The notes below the pieces were generated by a model. The model was not told the origin of the DNA, made no database searches, and saw nothing but the letters and a program-made list of their open reading frames with translations. The position numbers and the translations under genes were made by a program. This document shows, piece by piece, positions 38,502 through 47,047 of a stretch of DNA of 64,000 bases. Numbering within the stretch: position 1 is the first letter of the stretch; each line of letters starts with the position of its first letter. Origin of the DNA: Deltaproteobacteria bacterium (GTDB taxonomy: Bacteria; Omnitrophota; Gorgyraeia; Gygaellales; Profunditerraquicolaceae); assembly GCA_050258655.1 (NCBI GenBank), contig JBLMZF010000106.1, positions 2,669 through 66,668 of the forward strand, written 5' to 3'.

Positions 38502-41030
38502 CTACCTGTCCTTGTACAATCCGTCAAGTTTTGTCAGGCTGGGCAAAAGGTCCACGCCTTTGCCCAGCACTCCCCTCTCCCAGGCATTTCCCCGCGCCTG
38601 CATGCGCTCGGGCATGGTGCGGATGGTGAACTGCGCGGGATCGAGTTTCCGGGTCACCTCGTTCCAGGCAAGCGGACACGAAACGGTAGCCTTTTCCTTC
38701 GGCCGGACGGAATACGGAGCGGCCATCGTCTTTCCTTTCCCGTTTTGCAGGAAGTCGAGATAGACTTTGCCCTCGCGGGCATGGGGCATACGTTTGACAC
38801 TGGTGATCGCCGGGATCAGCGAGTTGACGTACCTGTTGACCAGTTCGGCAAAGGTGCGCGCCTGGTCATAGGTGTAACGGGCGGCAAGCGGCACATACAC
38901 ATGCATTCCTTTCGCGCCTGAGGTCTTGCAGTACGAAGGGCAGCCGATCTTCTCCAGGACCTCATGCGTCACCAGCACAGCCTCGACGACGTCCGCGAAC
39001 GATGCCAAATGCGGGTCGAAATCGAGCACCAGATAATCGGGGTAATCAGGTCTCTGTATCCGGGAATTCCACGGGTTTATCTCGATGCACCCGAGGTTTA
39101 CCATGTACAGGAGCGACGCCTCGTCCTGGCAGACCATGTACGAGACCGGCTCCTCTCCCGGCTCGCGAACGGTATACGTCTTTACCCAGTCCGGGACGAT
39201 ATCGCCCACGTTCTTGTGGAAAAAGCTCTTCCCGTGGATCCCGTTCGGGAAACGGTGGAGGGATTCGGGCCTGCCGGTAAGGAACGGCAGGATCCGGGAG
39301 GCAGCCGTCCGGTAATACTCGATCAGGTCGAGCTTGGTGTAGCCTTCGTCCGGCCAGAACACCTTGCTCAGGTTGGTGAGTTTCACCTCTCTGCCGCTCA
39401 CCGCGACGGTCTCTTCGTTCTCCTTTTTCTCAACGGGAAGAAACCGGCGGACGGGCGCGGCCTGCGGCGCCTCCCGCCTGACTTCCGACGGAGCCTTGTC
39501 AGAGCGGAGCCCCAGGAACACGGGATGGCGCATCAGACCTTCCTGCGTCCATTCGGTGAAACGCACTTCACAGACCAGCCGCGGCTCGACCCAGGCCGCA
39601 TCACGCGCCGACTCAAGGTTCCTGAACGGGGAGCGCTGACGCTCAAGCGGCTGGAGCCTCCGGAACAGCGAATCGAGTTCACGGTCGCTGAAGCCGCCCC
39701 CGCTGTGACCGATATAGACGAACCCGCCTTTTTCGTCATAGAGCCCCAAGAGCAGAGAACCGAAACGCGTGCGCCCGCCTTTGGGCGCGGTGAACCCCCC
39801 GATGACAGCCTCCTGTCGTTTCTCGGCCTTGACCTTCTGCCAGGTCCGGGTCCTCCTGCCTTCCTCGTACACGCTTGAGCCGTCCTTGGCAAGCATTCCC
39901 TCGACACCGTTCTCGACCACGAACCGGAACAGCTCAAGCCCTTTGTCCTCGATATGGGAGCTGAACCGTATATCTGTGACCAGAGGCGACAGGAATCTCT
40001 CGAGCAGCTCTTTGCGGCGGCGCAGGGGAAGGGAACGCAGGTCGTATCCGGCCAGAAAAAGCAGGTCGAACACGTAATACACAAGTATCCCCCTGCCCGT
40101 GCGGATGTAGTTCTGAAGAAGCTGGAAATCCGCCCGGCCTTTCTGATCGACCGCTACGATCTCTCCGTCGATCACCGCTGACGCAGAGAAACGGGAGAGT
40201 GAACGGAAAACGGGCTCGAACTGACGGCTGAAATCCTGGCCGTTGCGCGAGTAAAGGCGCGTTCCCTGCGGTCCTGTCTGGGCGATAGCGCGGTAACCGT
40301 CCCATTTTATCTCGAAAAGCCATCCCTGCCTGTCGAACGGCTCGTCGACAAGTGTGGCAAGCATGGGACGGACAATATGCGGGATGGAAGCGCGCGGGAC
40401 GCCGCCGGCCTCAAGCGGGGAAAGGTCCGGGGCGGGTATCCCGACGGGGCGGGAAGCGGTGCCGCCTGCGATCTCGCGCAGGTCGCGGCCGGAAAGGACA
40501 GACCTGTCCTCGCGGGTGATGTCGGACCCCGAAGCGGTATCGTCGTCCTTCTTGAACAGGAGCCAGGCGTTCTCGCCTCTTGACGGCATGCGCACGAGGT
40601 AGAATTCGCCCTTGAGCTTATGCCCTTCGAGCACGAACGCGACCCTGCCGTCGCGTATCTGGCGCTCGATCTCCTCACCGGGATCACCGTCGCCGTGGGC
40701 GGGCCTGTACGTCCCCCGGTCCCACACCATCACCGTACCGGCCCCGTAATTACCCTCGGGGATGGTCCCCTCGAACCCGGCGTAATCGAGCGGGTGGTCC
40801 TCAACCATCATCGCCAGCCGTTTAACACGGGGATCAAGGGAAGGCCCTTTCGGCACCGCCCAGCTCTTCAGGGCGCCGCCCGCCTCGATCCTCAGATCGT
40901 AATGCAGGTGCGACGCGCGGTGCTTCTGCACGACGAACGCGAGAGGTGCCCGTTTCTCTTCTGTCTTTCGGGGAGCTGGCTCGGGGGTACGGGACAGATC
41001 CCTCTTGCGCAGGTATTCCCTGAGGGCCAT
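38502..41030 (-). CDS. ligD: multidomain ATP-dependent DNA ligase LigD (phosphoesterase-ligase-polymerase)
   Basis: 842 aa. N-terminal 3'-phosphoesterase (FVVQKHRASHLHYDLRIE…WAVPKGPS). Central ligase with adenylation Lys (FEIKWDGYR). C-terminal LigD primase-polymerase domain. Confidence 0.9.
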   Translation of the reverse strand: MALREYLRKRDLSRTPEPAPRKTEEKRAPLAFVVQKHRASHLHYDLRIEAGGALKSWAVPKGPSLDPRVKRLAMMVEDHPLDYAGFEGTIPEGNYGAGTVMVWDRGTYRPAHGDGDPGEEIERQIRDGRVAFVLEGHKLKGEFYLVRMPSRGENAWLLFKKDDDTASGSDITREDRSVLSGRDLREIAGGTASRPVGIPAPDLSPLEAGGVPRASIPHIVRPMLATLVDEPFDRQGWLFEIKWDGYRAIAQTGPQGTRLYSRNGQDFSRQFEPVFRSLSRFSASAVIDGEIVAVDQKGRADFQLLQNYIRTGRGILVYYVFDLLFLAGYDLRSLPLRRRKELLERFLSPLVTDIRFSSHIEDKGLELFRFVVENGVEGMLAKDGSSVYEEGRRTRTWQKVKAEKRQEAVIGGFTAPKGGRTRFGSLLLGLYDEKGGFVYIGHSGGGFSDRELDSLFRRLQPLERQRSPFRNLESARDAAWVEPRLVCEVRFTEWTQEGLMRHPVFLGLRSDKAPSEVRREAPQAAPVRRFLPVEKKENEETVAVSGREVKLTNLSKVFWPDEGYTKLDLIEYYRTAASRILPFLTGRPESLHRFPNGIHGKSFFHKNVGDIVPDWVKTYTVREPGEEPVSYMVCQDEASLLYMVNLGCIEINPWNSRIQRPDYPDYLVLDFDPHLASFADVVEAVLVTHEVLEKIGCPSYCKTSGAKGMHVYVPLAARYTYDQARTFAELVNRYVNSLIPAITSVKRMPHAREGKVYLDFLQNGKGKTMAAPYSVRPKEKATVSCPLAWNEVTRKLDPAQFTIRTMPERMQARGNAWERGVLGKGVDLLPSLTKLDGLYKDR

Positions 41031-41035
41031 GCGGA

Positions 41036-41902
41036 TCAGGAACCGTCTATGGGACGCATTGTCCCGGGTTTGCGGACCGCCTTCCAGGGCGTACGGATCC
41101 CTTCCTCCTCAGCGAACCCCTGCATGATGTCCCCCGTCACGGTCCCTTCGAAATTTATGGTACGTTCGCGCGCGGCGTATTCAAGCGAGATGGTGAAAAG
41201 GATCTTATCGGCCTCGACCCGCAGCGACACCGCCTTCCCCTGGGCGGGAAACGCCGCCAGCGAGGCAGTGCCCTTCTGGAAGACCTGGTCCACCTTCATC
41301 GAATACCTCTGGCGGCCGCCCTGCCATACCCAGGTCCCCGACACATTGGACGGCACGATCCAGTAATACACCCTGCTGTCGCCGAGACGGGCCTGTCCAT
41401 CGGGCTTCCATTCCCCGAGATCGAAATCCCGGGCGACAAGCCGCGTGCCCGGCTTGAGCTCGGCAAGAAGCTTCGGCCTTATCGCCGCCGACTGACGGGG
41501 AAGGAGATAGAGTGAGACGACGCTGGCCGAGGAAAGGGGGACGGAACCGAGGTCCGTCTCGATGAATTCGACACGGTCGGAGACTCCGGCTTTCCGGGCG
41601 TTCTGCCTTCCCTGCTCGAGACGGATGTGGTCGGTATCTATACCGACTCCCCGGCATCCGAACTCGCTCGCGCCGGTGATAGCCACCCTGCCGTCGCCGC
41701 AGCCCAGGTCATAGAGGACATCGCCTTTGCCCACGCCGGCCATCTTCAGCATCAGCCTCGCCACCGATAGAGAATAGGCCTCTGCCGCTTCGGCCGGGGT
41801 CAACATCTCCTCGTCGTCTTCCAGATTCCCCGGATCTTCCTGGGCAAAGCAGGCAAAGGGCAGGACGGCGACGGCCAGGGCCGCGATGATGTAGGGTCGC
41901 AT
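41036..41902 (-). CDS. class I SAM-dependent methyltransferase with cleavable-type N-terminal signal peptide
   Basis: MRPYIIAALAVAVLPFACFAQ signal. Motif I VLYDLGCGDGRV. Post-I acidic (GIDTD) and motif II/III. C-terminal about 100 aa beta-rich extension. Confidence 0.7.
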   Translation of the reverse strand: MRPYIIAALAVAVLPFACFAQEDPGNLEDDEEMLTPAEAAEAYSLSVARLMLKMAGVGKGDVLYDLGCGDGRVAITGASEFGCRGVGIDTDHIRLEQGRQNARKAGVSDRVEFIETDLGSVPLSSASVVSLYLLPRQSAAIRPKLLAELKPGTRLVARDFDLGEWKPDGQARLGDSRVYYWIVPSNVSGTWVWQGGRQRYSMKVDQVFQKGTASLAAFPAQGKAVSLRVEADKILFTISLEYAARERTINFEGTVTGDIMQGFAEEEGIRTPWKAVRKPGTMRPIDGS

Positions 41903-41934
41903 GTGTTTTCCGTTTTTGAGGTGATCGCGCGTTT

Positions 41935-42399
41935 TCAGGCAGTGCGCTCTATATCCTTCAGCGCCTCTTCGAGGTAAAGGATATGCTGTTTTTCTTCGCC
42001 CCGCCCGTTATCAACGAGGAACCGCGCCTTGAGGGAAAGGTCTTGCCGGGCGGCCTCATCGTACGCGTGGCTCGCCAGCGTCTCGTTCCTCAAAAGAAGC
42101 CGCAGGATACCGGCGTCCCCGGAGCCCGGTGATCGCGACTCGAACTCCTCGGTGTCGAAATCCTTCTCACTTGAAGGACAACGGGCGGGGGCATTGGCGC
42201 CGAGGTCCACTATCAGGTTCGAGAGCTGCTGGAAATGGACCGCGTGCTCGCTCCGGTACGACTGGAGCCTGTCCTTTATCACCGGCTCGCTCAGCTCCCT
42301 GATAGCCTGGTCGTACGCGTCGATGGTATCAAGGTCGGTCTGGGCAAGTTCGGTCAGCCTTTTTGCCATCTCGAGGTCAGCCATCATGTCCTTTCCCAC
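41935..42399 (-). CDS. ferritin-like four-helix-bundle protein (DUF2383/PA2169-like)
   Basis: 154 aa. Helical, with paired acidic/His positions (…DAYDQAIREL…EHAVHFQQL…ASHAYDEAAR…EKQHILYLEEAL). Confidence 0.55.
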   Translation of the reverse strand: MGKDMMADLEMAKRLTELAQTDLDTIDAYDQAIRELSEPVIKDRLQSYRSEHAVHFQQLSNLIVDLGANAPARCPSSEKDFDTEEFESRSPGSGDAGILRLLLRNETLASHAYDEAARQDLSLKARFLVDNGRGEEKQHILYLEEALKDIERTA

Positions 42400-42420
42400 C
42401 GGCCGCCGCGGGGCCGCGGC

Positions 42421-43632
42421 CTACGGTGAAGTCAGTTCCACTTTTATCCACCCCGCCTGCCTGTGGTCGAACGATTCGTACGCCTGCACCGCGTCCCTGA
42501 GCGGCTCTACGTTCGTCAGCACCTTCGTTGGGTCGATGATCCCTTCTTCGATAAGCTCGATCAGAAGCGGGACGTATTTGCGGTGATTGCAGTTCCCCAT
42601 CTTGATGGTCAGGTTCTTGTTCATCGCCATCCCGATCGGGAACCAGCGCACCGATTGAGGGTAGACGCCGATTATTGAAAGAGTGCCGGCCTTGTCGACC
42701 GCCTCCACCTCCCATTGCAGGGCCTGCGTCGGAGCGTCCCCCGGCCGCCAGCTTTCGCCCTGCACGTTGGTACGCGGGGCTATCTGGCTCAGCTCCTGGC
42801 GGAACCACTGCTCTTCGACACGTTCAGTCCCTGCCGCCGGTCCGGAATGGGGCAGCTGGGCATCGACACCTACCGCGTCGATGACCCTGTCCGCCCCGAT
42901 CCCTCCGGTGAGGCCGAGGATCGCCTTGACCGGGTCCTCGCGGGAAAAGTCGACCGTTTCAGCGCCCTGGGCTTTCGCCATTTCCAGACGCGACGGGATC
43001 TGGTCGACAGCTATCACCCTTCCCGCGTTGAGGAGACTGGCGCTGGCGATCGCGAACTGGCCGACGGGGCCGCACCCGAAAACAACGACTATGTCGCCTG
43101 CCTTTATCTCGGCGTTATCCGCCCCGAAATACCCCGCCGGGAAAATATCTGAGAGGAACACTCCCTGCTCGTCGGTGATACTGTCGGGCAACTTGACCAG
43201 GCCGACGTTCGCGAACGGGACCCTCACCTTCTCCGCCTGCAGGCCGTTGAACGGACCGCTGTCGGCGGGGCCGCCGAAGAAGGCGGTCCCGGCGCGCCTG
43301 CCATGAGGATTGGCGTTGTCGCACTGGGAGAAATATCCCGCGCGGCAGTAAGAACAGTACCCGCAGGCGATCGAGGACATTATCACCACCCGATCGCCGA
43401 CGTTCAGGTTGCGCACACTGTCCCCCAGCTGCTCGATTATCCCCACTCCCTCGTGGCCGAGCACCGTGCCGGGACGCATGCCTGTCAACGTGCCCCGGAT
43501 CATGTGCAGATCGGTCCCGCAGATGGCGCTTGAGGTTACGCGCACGACGGCGTCTGTCGGAGACTCGATATGGGGGTCGGGGACGTCCTCGACGCTGATG
43601 GAACCGATGCCCTTGAAAACGACGGCTTTCAT
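42421..43632 (-). CDS. zinc-dependent alcohol dehydrogenase, glutathione-independent formaldehyde dehydrogenase (FdhA)-like
   Basis: MKAVVFKG…ICGTDLHMIRG…GHEGVGIIE… catalytic Zn site. Structural Zn Cys cluster (CGYCSYCRAGYFSQC). Rossmann VVVFGCGPVG. Roughly 100-aa insertion typical of FdhA. Confidence 0.85.
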   Translation of the reverse strand: MKAVVFKGIGSISVEDVPDPHIESPTDAVVRVTSSAICGTDLHMIRGTLTGMRPGTVLGHEGVGIIEQLGDSVRNLNVGDRVVIMSSIACGYCSYCRAGYFSQCDNANPHGRRAGTAFFGGPADSGPFNGLQAEKVRVPFANVGLVKLPDSITDEQGVFLSDIFPAGYFGADNAEIKAGDIVVVFGCGPVGQFAIASASLLNAGRVIAVDQIPSRLEMAKAQGAETVDFSREDPVKAILGLTGGIGADRVIDAVGVDAQLPHSGPAAGTERVEEQWFRQELSQIAPRTNVQGESWRPGDAPTQALQWEVEAVDKAGTLSIIGVYPQSVRWFPIGMAMNKNLTIKMGNCNHRKYVPLLIELIEEGIIDPTKVLTNVEPLRDAVQAYESFDHRQAGWIKVELTSP

Positions 43633-43643
43633 CGCTCCTCCGT

Positions 43644-44462
43644 TCAGGTTGCCTGTACAGGCAGTTTGACCCTTCCGACCGAGGCTCCCCACATGGAGAA
43701 CAACGCGGTCAGGACCATCAACACGAACCCGGAGAGGCCTGCCGCGGCCGCCGCTTTCGCCGCCGCCGCCGCTCCCTGTTCGATATTGCGGGCGGTGGTG
43801 ATCAGATTGTTGACGGTCGACTCGGCCTGCTGGCGGTCCATGTTGTTGCGGCTCTGGAGCGCGTTGATCGCGGATTCCTTGTCCTGAGGCGTCAGTGAAT
43901 CCGGCCCCTGCTGGGCCATCTTCTGTACCATTGAACCGACTTCAGGAGGCACGGTCGGAGCAGGAGCTCCCATTCCCGCCTGCGTGCTCGACTGCGGCCC
44001 CTGCTGCTGTTTGTTCATACCGAGCATCTGCTGCGCCTGCGAACCCATCTGCTGCTTCTGCTGCGGGCTCATCTGGCTTATCTGACTTGTGCCCGCGCCG
44101 AGCGCGCTGCTCATCAGCGAGAACGTCCCGCCGAGGAGCGAACCGACCGTCGACGTCAGGAGCGTCAGCGTTACCAGGGACGTGAAACCCCAGACGACAA
44201 AACCATGGAGCGCTGCCGAAGAACCCAGCAACACCGGCGACAGCTTGCCCGCCACCCAGCCGCCGGCGAAAAACGCGATCAGGCTCGTCACGAGCAGCCA
44301 GATCAGCGATCCGATACCGACTCCCTGGGCCGTCTGCGTCCCGGCCATACCGAGCGTGCCTATGCCCAGCCCGATACCGAGAAGGGAAAGCGTGATCTGC
44401 ACCGCGATCACCGTTACGAATCCTGCGAATATCGCTCCCCACGAGGCCTTTGTAACGGCCAT
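43644..44462 (-). CDS. hypothetical membrane protein with Q/M-rich low-complexity linker
   Basis: Four predicted TM helices at the N-terminus. A Gln/Met-rich segment (QMSPQQKQQMGSQAQQMLGMNKQQQGPQ). C-terminal TM. No known motif. Confidence 0.45.
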   Translation of the reverse strand: MAVTKASWGAIFAGFVTVIAVQITLSLLGIGLGIGTLGMAGTQTAQGVGIGSLIWLLVTSLIAFFAGGWVAGKLSPVLLGSSAALHGFVVWGFTSLVTLTLLTSTVGSLLGGTFSLMSSALGAGTSQISQMSPQQKQQMGSQAQQMLGMNKQQQGPQSSTQAGMGAPAPTVPPEVGSMVQKMAQQGPDSLTPQDKESAINALQSRNNMDRQQAESTVNNLITTARNIEQGAAAAAKAAAAAGLSGFVLMVLTALFSMWGASVGRVKLPVQAT

Positions 44463-44527
44463 ATGGCCTGTTTCGGTCCGTTCAACCATTGTAGGCTCCT
44501 TTCCTTATGAAAACTGCCTTGCGCCCA

Positions 44528-45304
44528 TTACCCCGCATGGGCATATTCAAGGCTTTCCTTCAACTTCGAAAGCAGGTCCGGCACCTTGGTAGGGGGCACC
44601 TCCTCGGGCCTGACGTGCTTTTCCTTCCCGTGCACCTTTGCCTCGATGACACCCTTGAGGGTCTCGGTGTACGTGTCCTTGAAGCTTTCAGGCCGGAAAC
44701 GGCCGGACAGCTGTTCGACCAGCCTCAACGCCAGCTCCAGCTCTTTCTCCGGCACCTTCTCGCCTTCAGGAGGAAGGTCGAGCGGCCGCGCGTCGCGGAT
44801 CTGTGATTCAAAACGCATCCGGTCGAGCACCAGCACCGGCCCTTCGGCCTTGAGCAGGGCCAGGTGCTCTTTCTGCCGGAGCACGAATTTCGCCACGCCT
44901 ACTTTGCGCGAGCGCCTCAGCGCCTCGCGCAGGAGCGCGTACGCCTTCTTGACCTGATGCGCCGGCTCGACATAGAACGGTTTCTCGAGGAGCTTTATAT
45001 CGATCTCATCCTCTCGGATGAACTCAAGCACCTCGATCGTCTCGGTCTTCTTCGCCCGGGCCTTCTGGAAATCATCGGCCTCCACGACGACATACCGGCC
45101 CTTCTCGTACTCGTACCCCTTGACTATGTCCCTGTAGGGCACTTCTTCCCCGGTCGCCTCGCAGATACGGGCGTACCGGATCGGGCTCATATCCTTCTTG
45201 TGCAGCATGTCAAAGTCGAGGCCCGTCTCATCGGAAGCTGAATACAGCTTAACCGGAATGTTGACCAGGCCAAAGCTGATCATTCCCGTCCAAAGGGACC
45301 TCAT
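44528..45304 (-). CDS. ku: NHEJ DNA end-binding protein Ku
   Basis: 258 aa. MRSLWTGMISFGLVNIPVKLYSA… is the hallmark bacterial Ku N-terminus. Ku core beta-barrel. Basic C-terminal tail. Confidence 0.9.
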   Translation of the reverse strand: MRSLWTGMISFGLVNIPVKLYSASDETGLDFDMLHKKDMSPIRYARICEATGEEVPYRDIVKGYEYEKGRYVVVEADDFQKARAKKTETIEVLEFIREDEIDIKLLEKPFYVEPAHQVKKAYALLREALRRSRKVGVAKFVLRQKEHLALLKAEGPVLVLDRMRFESQIRDARPLDLPPEGEKVPEKELELALRLVEQLSGRFRPESFKDTYTETLKGVIEAKVHGKEKHVRPEEVPPTKVPDLLSKLKESLEYAHAG

Positions 45305-45307
45305 CGG

Positions 45308-45739
45308 CTACGTGCGGCACGAACCGATCCCCCGGGAGAGCATGGCCAGCGAGAACGCTCCCAGCGCGAGACCGAAATCCCTGGCCGCGATATCATAGTA
45401 GCCGGGGATAGAAAGAAGATTGATGACAATGGCCAGCTCCCACAACCCGACGATCGTCCCGCCGACCGAAGGGGCCAGCGCGACCAGCAGGCCCGCGACG
45501 ATCTCGATGACGCCGACGACGTGCATGAACGAGGTGGCGCCGCCCGGGAACGCTGAAGCGACAGCCGGGTTGAGGTACACGTTCCAGTTGACGAGGAAAT
45601 GGAAGAACTTATCGAGCCCGGCGACGATGGGTATGACAGTGAAACCGAAACGCAGAAGCCGCTGCGCGTTAATGATCCCCTTCGTCAGGAAGACCCTGTT
45701 GACGGGGGGAGCCGCCCTAGTTTCCGATACAGTCGCCAT
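45308..45739 (-). CDS. DoxX-family membrane protein
   Basis: 143 aa, 4 TM, DoxX-like (…RLLRFGFTVIPIVAGLDKFFHF…). 4-nt gap to ku. Confidence 0.65.
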   Translation of the reverse strand: MATVSETRAAPPVNRVFLTKGIINAQRLLRFGFTVIPIVAGLDKFFHFLVNWNVYLNPAVASAFPGGATSFMHVVGVIEIVAGLLVALAPSVGGTIVGLWELAIVINLLSIPGYYDIAARDFGLALGAFSLAMLSRGIGSCRT

Positions 45740-45778
45740 ACCAACCTCCTGTTTTTCTTTTCATTCTATATGTTCGTC

Positions 45779-47047
45779 TCACGTACCGTAATCTCCAGCC
45801 TCCCCTTTTTTCTGATGTTTCTCCCCGATTGACTCAGCGGTCGAGGGAGGCAGATACGTCTGACCGCGCCGCTCGAGGGCGGCCAGCACGGCTTCGTGCG
45901 TCATGCGGGATGGAGGCAGGGCCGGCCTGTAGCCTGAGACCGCCAGGCTGCCGGAAACGACCTTCTCGATCATCCCGGCGTCCATCAGTTCCCTGGCGAG
46001 AGGCGAAAAGAACAGGCGGGGGATCCTGAGGGACGAGCAGATATGGTCGGCGGTCGGCGGGATACGGCCTTCGACGAAAGCGCGCGTTATCTCGCCCGCG
46101 ATGGCAAGCGCGAGTTTCTTACGCAGGCACAGGCTTGTCGAAGGGAAGGACGGGAAGAAACCGTAGGTCTCCCTGTTCGCTATCGAGAAGGCGAGCTCCC
46201 CTCCGAACAGGGCGATGGTCCAGCTCATCTGAAGCCAGATCAGGAACAGAGGCAGGGCAGCGAAGCTGCCGTAGACGGCGCCGTAGTCGGCCACGCCGAT
46301 CTGGAGAGTGATGTAGAACCACTGCGCGGCCTGGAACAGGATTCCCGCCGCCACTCCGGCGACGGCCCCGGCGTAAAAAGGCACCTTGGTGTTCGGCATG
46401 AACAGGTAGAGGAACGTGAACAGGCACCAGTTCGCGGCGAACGGCACCAGCTGCAGCAGCCAGGCCAGCGTAGTGCTTATGGGCGGCAGGAACGAAACGC
46501 GCTGTGCGGCTGAGCTCAACTGGGCGGTGATCAGAACAGTAGCCCCCTGAGAGACCGCGAGCAGTACCGTCCCGACGAACACCACGGACAGGTAATCCGC
46601 CATCTGCCGCGCGACCCCCCTGCCCTGCCGGACGTCCCAGATAGTGTTGAACGCCTGTTCGATCGAGGAGAGAAGCCCGACGATGGCCAGAAAAAAGGAC
46701 GCGACGCCGACACCCGCGATCAGGCCGCCGCGCGAGTTCTCGAGCGCGGAAGCGGAAAACTTGAGCAGGAACTCAACGAACTGCCGCTGCCATTCCACCT
46801 GGGTCGAAAGAGCGGCCTGCAGCAGGCGCGTGAGACCGAAGCCTTTGGCGATGCCGAAGATAGTCGCCAGCAGGGGTACGATCGAAAGCAGGGTGTAGAA
46901 CGTCAGGGTCGATGCCCACAGAGCGCAGTTGTCGTCGATGAAGCTTTTGACGGCGATAGCGGCAACGCGGACAGCGGTAAAGGCCTTACCGCCCCGGCCA
47001 CCCCCCCGCATCAGTCGGCTGTAAACGGCTTTCAGGTATGAGATCAT
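45779..47047 (-). CDS. YihY/BrkB-family inner membrane protein with C-terminal soluble extension
   Basis: 422 aa. YihY signature region (…WASTLTFYTLLSIVPLLATIFGIA…), six TM, then about a 120-aa C-terminal domain. Confidence 0.75.
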   Translation of the reverse strand: MISYLKAVYSRLMRGGGRGGKAFTAVRVAAIAVKSFIDDNCALWASTLTFYTLLSIVPLLATIFGIAKGFGLTRLLQAALSTQVEWQRQFVEFLLKFSASALENSRGGLIAGVGVASFFLAIVGLLSSIEQAFNTIWDVRQGRGVARQMADYLSVVFVGTVLLAVSQGATVLITAQLSSAAQRVSFLPPISTTLAWLLQLVPFAANWCLFTFLYLFMPNTKVPFYAGAVAGVAAGILFQAAQWFYITLQIGVADYGAVYGSFAALPLFLIWLQMSWTIALFGGELAFSIANRETYGFFPSFPSTSLCLRKKLALAIAGEITRAFVEGRIPPTADHICSSLRIPRLFFSPLARELMDAGMIEKVVSGSLAVSGYRPALPPSRMTHEAVLAALERRGQTYLPPSTAESIGEKHQKKGEAGDYGT

